Source: an uncultured Candidatus Saccharibacteria bacterium (GTDB taxonomy: Bacteria; Patescibacteriota; Minisyncoccia; Phycocordibacterales; UBA2100). Taken from it: DNA of 64,000 bases. Location: positions 3,890 through 67,889 of the forward strand of contig CAYNND010000006.1 in assembly GCA_964398775.1 (NCBI GenBank), written 5' to 3'. This document shows positions 26,929-34,776 of this stretch, piece by piece (position 1 is the first letter of the stretch; each line of letters begins with the position of its first letter). The translations under genes were made by a program, and so were the position numbers. The notes below the pieces were generated by a model that worked only from the letters and a program-made list of their open reading frames with translations, searched no databases and was not told the DNA's origin.

Positions 26929-27702
26929 ATGAACAACAACAGCTATAGCACACTGATACGTACCATTTGCTCAGCAGTAGTCGCAGCGTTTTTGATTGCA
27001 ACCTGTGGGGTGCAGACGCTTGCTGCATGGACTGCTCCTACGGGAACACCGGGCAATAATAATGCAGCACCACCTGTAAATACCGGAACAGGGACTCAGG
27101 CAAAACCAGGCGTGCTTGGAGCAAACATTCTGAACATTTATGGTTCAAACTTGTATCTCAACTTCGGTAACCCAGACGGTGCAAGTGGTTTCGGTATTCG
27201 CAGTAACGCAGGTGTGCTCGAAGGTAAAGATTCTGGGGGAGCGTGGGGCAAGCTTATAGATAAGCCATGGTTTATTGCAAACGGCACTTCAGCAGTGTGG
27301 CAGTCTCAGGGTGCTGCGACTTGGCTCTATCCAACTGCGCTTGATAATAAAAAAGGTAATGCCGCAGCGAGTTTTAACTCAGCAACAGGGTACTTCACTG
27401 CTCCAGAGGCTGGAGTTTACCTCTGTTTTTTCAGTGGGTATAAGAGTTACTCCACTCCTGATGTTCACCACACCATATCTACATGTTCAGGCGGCCCGAG
27501 CTCAGTATGCAACAACTTCGGAAACTATGACTATACGCTTGCTTCACAAGGATATTCGGGCTATGACCAGTCAACATCACAGCTTATCGGACTCTACAAT
27601 CTCATTGCGGGTGAAAGCATCACATTCCGTATGTACTCAAGTGCGGGAAACAGCTATGCGTACTACCCACCGCAGAGTCGTATGGGCTGCGCTAAGCTGT
27701 AA
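26929..27702 (+). CDS. secreted fibre/adhesin-like protein, paralog B2
   Basis: AAWTAPTGTPGNNNAAPPVNTG... Collinear with B1 through FTAPEAGVYLCFF...YYPPQSRMGCAKL. 257 aa. Confidence 0.7.
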   Translation: MNNNSYSTLIRTICSAVVAAFLIATCGVQTLAAWTAPTGTPGNNNAAPPVNTGTGTQAKPGVLGANILNIYGSNLYLNFGNPDGASGFGIRSNAGVLEGKDSGGAWGKLIDKPWFIANGTSAVWQSQGAATWLYPTALDNKKGNAAASFNSATGYFTAPEAGVYLCFFSGYKSYSTPDVHHTISTCSGGPSSVCNNFGNYDYTLASQGYSGYDQSTSQLIGLYNLIAGESITFRMYSSAGNSYAYYPPQSRMGCAKL

Positions 27703-27753
27703 GACACACAGACCTCATTCGTCAGTAGTAGTATTAGGATATATACTTTCATT

Positions 27754-28551
27754 ATGGAAACATTTTTTGCAAACCCAATTATTCAGAAAGTAGGCATCGC
27801 AGCACTTGGTGCACTTGCGCTCCTCTTTGCAGTTCAGTCAATCACTGAGATAAAAGGCTGGAAGTTTATAGGCTCAGGCACAACAGCGACTAACACCATT
27901 GCTGTTACTGGTAAGGGAGAAATTTTTGCAGTGCCAGATATTGCACAATTTACCCTTGGTGTAACAAAAGAAGCGAAAGATGTAAAGGCTGCCCAAAAGG
28001 AGGCGACAGAAAAGATGAATGACATCATCGCGTACCTCAAATCAACGGGTATCGAAGAGAAAGATATAAAGACGATTAACTATTCTGCACAGCCAAAGTA
28101 TGAGTGGATACAGCCACCATGCCGCCCTGGAGAGTACTGTGGAAACGGACAAAACAAGCTTGTCGGATTTACCGTATCGCAGACACTCCAAGTAAAAGTT
28201 CGAAAGGATACAGATAAGGCAAGTGATGTATTGGGTGAAGCTGGTGCGCGCGGTGCAACTGAAATTGGCTCACTTGAGTTCATAAATGATGATGAGGACA
28301 AGCTCAAGGCAGATGCTCGAAGCAAGGCAATTGCTGACGCAAAACAAAAGGCAGATACACTCGCGCGCGAACTGGGAGTATCTATCGTACGCATCGTTGG
28401 TTTCTCTGAAGATGGGGGATACCAGCCTGTCATGTACAAAGCAGCGCGCATGGAGGCAGTAGCCATGGATGCCGGAGCACCAGCACCTGAGCTTCCTGTA
28501 GGTGAAAATAAGATTCTCTCAAATGTCACTGTGACATACGAGATCAGATAG
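27754..28551 (+). CDS. SIMPL/DUF541 (YggE/BP26-like) periplasmic protein
   Basis: N-terminal anchor, then GFTVSQTLQVKVRKDTDKASDVL...ADARSKAIADAKQKADTLARELGV. 265 aa. Confidence 0.7.
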   Translation: METFFANPIIQKVGIAALGALALLFAVQSITEIKGWKFIGSGTTATNTIAVTGKGEIFAVPDIAQFTLGVTKEAKDVKAAQKEATEKMNDIIAYLKSTGIEEKDIKTINYSAQPKYEWIQPPCRPGEYCGNGQNKLVGFTVSQTLQVKVRKDTDKASDVLGEAGARGATEIGSLEFINDDEDKLKADARSKAIADAKQKADTLARELGVSIVRIVGFSEDGGYQPVMYKAARMEAVAMDAGAPAPELPVGENKILSNVTVTYEIR

Positions 28552-28570
28552 ATAGATAGGTTTACGCAAG

Positions 28571-28596
28571 AAAAGCCCCGCGGTACGGGGCTTTTC
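28571..28596 (+). terminator. intrinsic terminator ending the 20475-28551 same-strand cluster
   Basis: aaaaGCCCCGcggtaCGGGGCtttt. Confidence 0.65.
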
Positions 28597-29021
28597 TATA
28601 TTGAAAATATAAAAGTGCTCGCGCGTTCTGGATTGAACCAGGGGCATCGCGCGAGCACTTGAGCACACGGACTCCTCCGTGCGCGGTGACCAGGTACTCA
28701 ACGGCGGAGCCGCATAGGTCACGAAAGTAGCATATCATTACGTGTAGAAAAATGCAGTTGACCACAAATATTTCACTGGTACGATGCTTCTCGGTCAATA
28801 GCGAGAGGGCCTTCAAATGGCAACGCGAAAACAGATGCGTCAGGTGACCATTTCACCCAGGTGGGGTGGCCACGTGCGGACGCCAAAAGTGCAGCAACCT
28901 GTAGATTGGTATACCCACCTCGAGTGGTGGTACTACCGTCTCGGGCTCTTTGCGGCGTCAGTATGTCGCATCTTCGTTTGAGACCAGTCGAGGGCGCGTT
29001 CGCGTGCCCTCGACACCCTAT

Positions 29022-29050
29022 TTGACTTACTCGAAAAGCAAGGTATTATA
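29022..29050 (+). promoter_or_regulatory. sigma70-like promoter for secE-nusG-rplK
   Basis: TTGACT, 16-nt spacer, TATTAT, about 50 nt upstream of the secE ATG. Confidence 0.45.
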
Positions 29051-29101
29051 CAGCTATACAGGGCCGCGAGGCCTTTTAAAATTGCTTTATAAACAAATAC
29101 T

Positions 29102-29287
29102 ATGAATAACCTCATTCAATATTTCAAAGAGACTCGAGCAGAGCTCGATCACGTCAACTGGCCAACACAGCGCACGACACTTATCTATACCGCGCTCGTT
29201 GTGGCGTTTTCTGCAATCGTCGGTGTGTATCTTTCACTCCTTGATTACGGTTTTACGTTCGGACTCGATAAGTTCTTGATTCAGTAG
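29102..29287 (+). CDS. secE: preprotein translocase subunit SecE
   Basis: 61 aa, single C-terminal TM. ...ELDHVNWPTQRTTLIYTALVVAFSAIVGVYLSLLD. Precedes nusG. Confidence 0.85.
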   Translation: MNNLIQYFKETRAELDHVNWPTQRTTLIYTALVVAFSAIVGVYLSLLDYGFTFGLDKFLIQ

Positions 29288-29318
29288 CACACATTAGTAC
29301 TCACTAAGTAATTTCACT

Positions 29319-29861
29319 ATGGCACTGCAAGCAATCAACGAGCGACACTGGTACGTCATCCACACCTACTCAGGATATGAGGAGGCGGTAGGTCGTAACT
29401 TGCGTCAGCGCATCGAGACGATGGGCATGAAGGATAAGATTTTTAACGTTGTAGTCCCGACAGAGAAGAAGATAAAGGTAAAGGGCGCAAAGCGCATTGA
29501 GGAGCGTGAGCGTGTCTACCCTGGATATGTACTTGTGGATATGATTGTAGACGACAACTCGTGGTATGTCGTGCGCAATACCCCTCGCGTTACAGGGTTC
29601 GTCGGCTCTGGGACACAGCCAGTGCCACTCTCTGAAGCAGAAGCGCAAGACCTCTTTAACCGCATGTCAGCTGACACTCCGACGCACGATATTGACTTGC
29701 AGCCAGATGACTCAGTCATGATTGTTGATGGACCATTTAAAGATCTGGAAGGGAAGGTTGGTGAGGTAAACGCAGCATCGGGCAAGGTGAAAGTGCTTGT
29801 GCCAATGTTTGGACGTGAGACCCCAGTTGAGCTGGACTTCCTCCAGGTGAAGAAGGTGTAG
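29319..29861 (+). CDS. nusG: transcription termination/antitermination factor NusG
   Basis: WYVIHTYSGYEEAV (NGN domain) and a C-terminal KOW FKDLEGKVGEV. 180 aa. Confidence 0.95.
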   Translation: MALQAINERHWYVIHTYSGYEEAVGRNLRQRIETMGMKDKIFNVVVPTEKKIKVKGAKRIEERERVYPGYVLVDMIVDDNSWYVVRNTPRVTGFVGSGTQPVPLSEAEAQDLFNRMSADTPTHDIDLQPDDSVMIVDGPFKDLEGKVGEVNAASGKVKVLVPMFGRETPVELDFLQVKKV

Positions 29862-29948
29862 TTGAATTTTTCCGGAAAATAGGTAGTATAACCCCATCAA
29901 ACGAAGCTTCTACCGTTTGTTGATTTGTAATCAATAACTTAAGCGTAT

Positions 29949-30377
29949 ATGGCAAAGAAAATTGTTAAGCAGCTCAAGCTCCTTATCCCAGCGGGTAAGG
30001 CAACACCAGCGCCACCTATCGGTCCAGCACTTGGTCAGGCAGGTATAAACATTGGTGATTTCGTCAACAAGTTCAACGAAAAGACTCGTGACCGCATGGG
30101 TGACACACTTCCAGTTGTCATCATGGTCTATGAAGATCGCTCATACGACTTCATTGCAAAGCAGCCTTCAATGACTGCGCTCATCAAGAAGGAGCTCGGT
30201 ATTGAAAGTGGCTCGGGCAAGAACACGCAGGTGAAAGTTGGTAAGCTCACAAAGGCAATGATGAAAAACATTGCTGAAAAGAAGATGCCAGACTTGAACA
30301 CTCCAGACATCGAGCAAGCTATGCGCATCGTTGCAGGGTCTGCACGCTCAATGGGTGTTGATACTGAAGCGCTCTAA
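29949..30377 (+). CDS. rplK: 50S ribosomal protein L11
   Basis: MAKKIVKQLKLLIPAGKATPAPPIGPALGQAGINIGDFVNKFN. 142 aa. Confidence 0.95.
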   Translation: MAKKIVKQLKLLIPAGKATPAPPIGPALGQAGINIGDFVNKFNEKTRDRMGDTLPVVIMVYEDRSYDFIAKQPSMTALIKKELGIESGSGKNTQVKVGKLTKAMMKNIAEKKMPDLNTPDIEQAMRIVAGSARSMGVDTEAL

Positions 30378-30390
30378 GCAAACAGAATAC

Positions 30391-30422
30391 AAAAAAAAGA
30401 CCGCACGAGCGGTCTTTTTTAT
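30391..30422. terminator. bidirectional intrinsic terminator
   Basis: aaaaaaaAGACCGCacgaGCGGTCTttttttatt, between convergent rplK and the dCMP deaminase gene. Confidence 0.65.
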
Positions 30423-31015
30423 TACTTAATTTTCATACTCCATTCATCTTGAAACAACCGCAAGCGTTCAGTTTGTCCAGGTGTACCTCTGTCAAACAAC
30501 TCTTTTGCATTCGGCAGCAAATAAATAGTTTTGACTCCGGCTTCCACTGCTTTCCCAGAGCATGGCTCGCACACCCACCATTGCCCGTATAAATATATCT
30601 CAGAGTCAGCAAGGTCCACTCCGTCACGCACTGCCTTGAGGATTGCGCATTGCTCGCTGTGGCGGTCGTGTTTGCATCCAGGGCACTTGTTGTAGTCGAC
30701 GTTTCCATCACTTTGCATGCGATCGCATGTTCCCGTCTGCGCGTGGTAGGTGATGTCATCCATACTCGCATCAGTCACTGTATCGCAAAGTTCACCTGCT
30801 ACACCAAGAGTAATTGTCCCATTTTTTGCGACTAGGGTAGAAGTTACAGCGCGCATTCCTGAAGCTGCCTGCAGTGCTTGGTGTTTCATTGCATGTATAA
30901 ATGCCCGCTGCATCATCGGGTGCGTCATCTCAGCCGCTTTGATACGCAAACCATCGGGAACTCGTACGTGAGCAGGCCAACCAAGGGTATTTCGCGGTTC
31001 TGAAGTCATGTCCAC
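30422..31015 (-). CDS. deoxycytidylate (dCMP) deaminase, cytidine/deoxycytidylate deaminase family
   Basis: Zinc-binding H(S)E...PC..C motifs: RHSEQCAILKA and CEPCSGKAV. 197 aa. Confidence 0.7.
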   Translation of the reverse strand: MDMTSEPRNTLGWPAHVRVPDGLRIKAAEMTHPMMQRAFIHAMKHQALQAASGMRAVTSTLVAKNGTITLGVAGELCDTVTDASMDDITYHAQTGTCDRMQSDGNVDYNKCPGCKHDRHSEQCAILKAVRDGVDLADSEIYLYGQWWVCEPCSGKAVEAGVKTIYLLPNAKELFDRGTPGQTERLRLFQDEWSMKIK

Positions 31016-31074
31016 ACTGTAATCTGTCCACTGTCAACTGTCCACTTTTTCACGGGGCTTGTATACTGAGTGCT

Positions 31075-31911
31075 ATGAACCGGTTTGACCAGACGTACCA
31101 AGAAATGCTCCGCTCAATTCTTGATACAGGAATACGAGAAAAAAATAACCGAACCGGACACGAGACAGCGGCACTCCCGGGACTCACGTTTCAGCATGAT
31201 ATAGAGAAAGATGGATTTCCACTACTCACACTTCGAAAGATTCCCACAAAGATGTTTATCGCTGAACAAGTCTGGTTTATTTCTGGAGCTCGAAAGCCTG
31301 CAGACTTTTTGCGAAAGTACACCAAGATATGGGACTTGTTTACGAACCCAGGAGACGTGGTCACTGTTGCGTACGGCTACCGCTGGAGGAAACATTTTGG
31401 ACGTGATCAACTCGGGCTCCTCGTGAAGCTTCTCGAGAGTGACCCATCGTCACGACATGGAGTGATTGTGACATGGGACCCAACATCAGATGGCTTAGGT
31501 GGTGTTGCGAAAAAAAATGTCCCATGTCCCTACACATTTACTGTCGGCATCATCGGTGGGCGACTGCATCTGCACAATGTGGTGCGCAGTAACGATATGG
31601 TGCTGGGCTGCCCAGCAGATGTAGCGGGATTTGCGCTGCTGCAGATGATCCTCGCTGAGCGTCTCGGAGTAAAGCCAGGCATCTATACGCATACGATTTC
31701 AAACGCGCATATATATGACAATCACTACGATGCGGCACGCGAAATGATACTGCGCCCAAACGTTCACGCGCCGATACATATTAAGATTCCTCAAGATGCA
31801 TTTTCTCGAGCTGAGATAAAAGATGATGCACTTGTGGAGGAGTTTCTCGAGCAGTTCGATAAACTGTACACACCACAGCCAGTCATTAAAGGTTTGCAGA
31901 TAGCGTTGTAA
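31075..31911 (+). CDS. thyA: thymidylate synthase
   Basis: RTG...FPLLT(L/T)K, WDP, the catalytic-Cys context VPCPYTFTV, and SNAHIYDNH. 278 aa. Confidence 0.85.
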   Translation: MNRFDQTYQEMLRSILDTGIREKNNRTGHETAALPGLTFQHDIEKDGFPLLTLRKIPTKMFIAEQVWFISGARKPADFLRKYTKIWDLFTNPGDVVTVAYGYRWRKHFGRDQLGLLVKLLESDPSSRHGVIVTWDPTSDGLGGVAKKNVPCPYTFTVGIIGGRLHLHNVVRSNDMVLGCPADVAGFALLQMILAERLGVKPGIYTHTISNAHIYDNHYDAAREMILRPNVHAPIHIKIPQDAFSRAEIKDDALVEEFLEQFDKLYTPQPVIKGLQIAL

Positions 31912-31931
31912 TTATTTTTTAAATTTATACC

Positions 31932-32573
31932 ATGGCAGTACTTACGAAGTCAGAAATTCTTGCACGAGTGAAAGAGGGAAGTATTGCATTTGGCCCAAAC
32001 CTCGATACGTTTCAAGTTCGGGCGCATTCGGTTGACTTACGCCTCGGGTACACATTTATCATCCCGAAGCTCGCTCGCATCACACCGCAAGGTCGCGAGG
32101 CGATTCGTGTTGTAGACCCACTAAAGACTGGCTATACGCAAGAATTTTTCGATGTCATTGAGCTTGAAGAAGGTCAGTATTTTGAACTCCTTCCTGGAGA
32201 GCATGTCTCTGTTTCGAGCCTTGAGTCTATAAAGCTCCCCGAGGATGTTATGGCAGTCTTGTATCCACGCTCATCAGTCTCGCGCCGTGGTCTTGCAGTT
32301 GATCTTACAGGAATAGTCGATGCAGGATACGAAGGCCAGCTCATGATTCCAATACGAAACAACACCAGTTCACAGGTCATTCGTGTATATCCAGGTGAGC
32401 GCTTTTGTCAGGTAGTGTTTGAGACACTCGAACAAGCGGTAGCGCCGATTGCGAGTCGTTACCATAAACGAGACATCGCAGATGGTGCGCAAAAAGACAG
32501 AGCCACAGAATCAAAGCTTATTGAAAAAGGGAAAATCCGAGAGTTGAAGACAAAGCACGCACAAAAAATATAA
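31932..32573 (+). CDS. dcd: dCTP deaminase
   Basis: VDLRLGYTF...LYPRSSVSRRGL...DAGYEGQLMIPIRN: dUTPase-fold dCTP deaminase motifs. 213 aa. Confidence 0.8.
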   Translation: MAVLTKSEILARVKEGSIAFGPNLDTFQVRAHSVDLRLGYTFIIPKLARITPQGREAIRVVDPLKTGYTQEFFDVIELEEGQYFELLPGEHVSVSSLESIKLPEDVMAVLYPRSSVSRRGLAVDLTGIVDAGYEGQLMIPIRNNTSSQVIRVYPGERFCQVVFETLEQAVAPIASRYHKRDIADGAQKDRATESKLIEKGKIRELKTKHAQKI

Positions 32574-32575
32574 AT

Positions 32576-33055
32576 ATGAAAATCTCGATGATTGCTGCGA
32601 TAGGGAAGAATCGAGAACTCGGCGCGGGGAATACATTACTCTGGCATATTCCAGAAGACATGCAATTTTTCAGGGAGAAGACAAAGGGTAAGCCAGTCAT
32701 CATGGGCTCAAAAACATTTGAATCCATCGGACACGCGCTCCCGGGAAGGCTTAACATCGTACTCTCTCGCGAGCCGAAACAATACGAGGGTGCGACCGTT
32801 GTTTCAACACTTCGTGATGCATACGCCTGCGCAGAACACTCGGGAGCTGAGGAGGTATTTAACATCGGCGGCGCAACAGTGTACGCACTCGGTATCAAGG
32901 ATGTACATACACTCTATCTCACGCACATTGATGCGACTTTCCCAGAAGCAGACGCTTTTTTCCCCTCATATGAACATCTGTTCAAGCGAATCAGAGGAAA
33001 AACATCAGGTAATGAGAAGTATTGCTATGAATTTGTAGAGTATGAGAGAGCATAG
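32576..33055 (+). CDS. folA: dihydrofolate reductase
   Basis: MKISMIAAIGKNRELGAGNTLLWHIPEDMQFFREKTKGKPVIMGSKTFESIG..LPGRLNIVLS. 159 aa. Confidence 0.9.
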   Translation: MKISMIAAIGKNRELGAGNTLLWHIPEDMQFFREKTKGKPVIMGSKTFESIGHALPGRLNIVLSREPKQYEGATVVSTLRDAYACAEHSGAEEVFNIGGATVYALGIKDVHTLYLTHIDATFPEADAFFPSYEHLFKRIRGKTSGNEKYCYEFVEYERA

Positions 33056-33449
33056 TAGTACTACCGCAGATACTCAGCGCCACTCCGCCGGAGGCAAGGC
33101 ATTTTTTACAGCGATGCGAGAGCTCAACCCAGACTGCAAGCTCATCAGTGAAAGTGGTGAGGAAGTTCTCTTTACTGTCGCTGTGCACAACGAGGTTGGG
33201 AGTGGTGAAGTGAGGATTCGTGCCTTGATGCGGGGCTCAGAGTGTGTCGTCGAATATATTCGATCAACCCCAGAAGGCAAAGGTCTTGCATCACTCGCTC
33301 TTGCTCAGTTTGAACACGTTGCTCGAAAGCTCGGTTACACACGCATCATTGCAGATACTGCCATGGCCGGCGCAACACATATGTGGAAGAGAAATGGTTA
33401 TGACTATGTAGGGGCAGCAACAGACATGATGAAGCGAATCAAAGAATAA
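33042..33449 (+). CDS. GNAT-family N-acetyltransferase (putative)
   Basis: 135 aa. C-terminal ...KGLASLALAQFEHVARKLGYTRIIADT resembles the acetyl-CoA-binding segment. Weak. Confidence 0.4.
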   Translation: MREHSSTTADTQRHSAGGKAFFTAMRELNPDCKLISESGEEVLFTVAVHNEVGSGEVRIRALMRGSECVVEYIRSTPEGKGLASLALAQFEHVARKLGYTRIIADTAMAGATHMWKRNGYDYVGAATDMMKRIKE

Positions 33450-33451
33450 AC

Positions 33452-33904
33452 ATGGATGATTTTCGAAGATCAACGCATATAACCAGAAATGCTGATGCAT
33501 ACAAACAGCATAATGAAGCATCAGCGCAACAATTTACACACAGTCTATCTGGGGCACTGCAACAAGTTGGATTCCCAGCCCTGACTGAACACAGCGCATC
33601 ACGCCTTGTGTATGGGCCTGCAGATGCATTTCATACCGCTCATACGGGTATGACACTGCGCACGGTGCCGCAGAGAGGTATCGTGTATGTAGACTATATA
33701 TCCGTGCATCCAGATGAGCGCGGTGCTGAGATGGGGAGGCGAGCCGTTGCCGCAGTCATTGCTGCTGCTCAGGAATCACACTTTAAGTATGTACGTGCCG
33801 CACGAGTCATGTTGGTTGCTGAAGACTTCTGGGAACACTGCGGTTTTCGTCGCGTCGAAGTACAACTTGACGGTAGTCGAGTCGATTATGAAAAAGCTCT
33901 GTGA
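33452..33904 (+). CDS. GNAT-family N-acetyltransferase (putative)
   Basis: 150 aa. ...VHPDERGAEMGRRAVAAVIAAAQESHFKYVRAARVML: Q/RxxGxG/A-like motif. Confidence 0.45.
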   Translation: MDDFRRSTHITRNADAYKQHNEASAQQFTHSLSGALQQVGFPALTEHSASRLVYGPADAFHTAHTGMTLRTVPQRGIVYVDYISVHPDERGAEMGRRAVAAVIAAAQESHFKYVRAARVMLVAEDFWEHCGFRRVEVQLDGSRVDYEKAL

Positions 33905-33913
33905 TATTCTGCA

Positions 33914-34249
33914 TTGATGAACTTCAATGAATATCAAATAGCTGCATCAAAAACAGCTGGCTATCCTGAGCCAGGCGGCATTCCTTTTATTTACCCGACA
34001 CTCGGACTTGCGGGCGAGGCAGGGGAAGTCGCAGAAAAAATAAAAAAAGTGATTCGAGATGAAGGTGGGGTAGTAACTGATGCAAAACGAGAAGAAATCA
34101 AAAAAGAACTCGGGGATGTACTCTGGTATGTGAGTGAAATCGCGCGGCAGCTTGGACTTGAACTTGGTGCTGTTGCTGCAGCAAACATTGAGAAACTTGC
34201 GTCTCGAAAAGAGCGCGGCATGATTCATGGTAGTGGTGATAACCGATAG
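33914..34249 (+). CDS. MazG-like nucleoside-triphosphate pyrophosphohydrolase (all-alpha NTP-PPase)
   Basis: LGLAGEAGEVAEKIKK...ELGDVLWYVSEIARQLGLEL: EExxE/D and ExxD motifs of the MazG fold. 111 aa. Confidence 0.75.
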   Translation: MMNFNEYQIAASKTAGYPEPGGIPFIYPTLGLAGEAGEVAEKIKKVIRDEGGVVTDAKREEIKKELGDVLWYVSEIARQLGLELGAVAAANIEKLASRKERGMIHGSGDNR

Positions 34250-34739
34250 TATGGAAGAACAACGACAGGGAGACGCGAGTACAGAGGAGCGCATCGACGA
34301 GATGCAGCTCACGACACTGAGTGGTGTAAATAAAGCGCGTATCCTTGAAATGAATGCGTTATTGCGTGGCGAGTCTGCTGCTGCTTCATACGAAGACCTT
34401 CTAGCGGAAATGAATGATGCGTCGCACAGGATTATTGGAGTGTATCAAGGAGAGACTATTGTTGGGATGATTGCGCTCCATGATGTTGGAGAGGGACATA
34501 TATGGATTCGTCACAATGTAGTACATCCCGATGCGGGACGACAGGGTATCGGCAAGCGCATGTTTCTTGAGGCGCTGAGTCGAGCGCAGAGGCTTGGAGC
34601 GCAAACTATTCATCTGCACTGCAAAAATATTCCTGAGCGAGATGCAGCGCGCAAAATATATCTGGATGCTGGCTTTACGAATATCACCAATGGTCCACTC
34701 GGTTCGCTTGATGAGTATGTGCTCATGGTACGCGCGTAA
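34227..34739 (+). CDS. GNAT-family N-acetyltransferase
   Basis: VHPDAGRQGIGKRMFLEALSRAQRLGAQTIHLHC...AARKIYLDAGF: canonical R/Q-x-x-G-x-G/A motif. 170 aa. Confidence 0.6.
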   Translation: MVVVITDSMEEQRQGDASTEERIDEMQLTTLSGVNKARILEMNALLRGESAAASYEDLLAEMNDASHRIIGVYQGETIVGMIALHDVGEGHIWIRHNVVHPDAGRQGIGKRMFLEALSRAQRLGAQTIHLHCKNIPERDAARKIYLDAGFTNITNGPLGSLDEYVLMVRA

Positions 34740-34776
34740 GTTGCACTTGGTCTGAGAATTGTTAGTCTTTCCCTAT

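Noticed and set aside
20475-27702. Diversity-generating retroelement or invertase-driven phase variation acting on the fibre paralogs
   Set aside because: No reverse transcriptase, no recombinase, no TR/VR near-identical nucleotide repeats. Paralogs are diverged at synonymous sites.
28640-28700. RNase P P4 5'-strand-like GGAGGAGUCCGUGUGCUC on the minus strand.
   Set aside because: A full RNase P RNA would have to extend into the SIMPL CDS and its terminator.
28600-28730. tRNA or tRNA-like element. GGATTGAACC is the reverse complement of a T-loop-like GGTTCAATCC.
   Set aside because: No acceptor, D or anticodon stems fold. The segment is a simple 11-bp inverted repeat instead.
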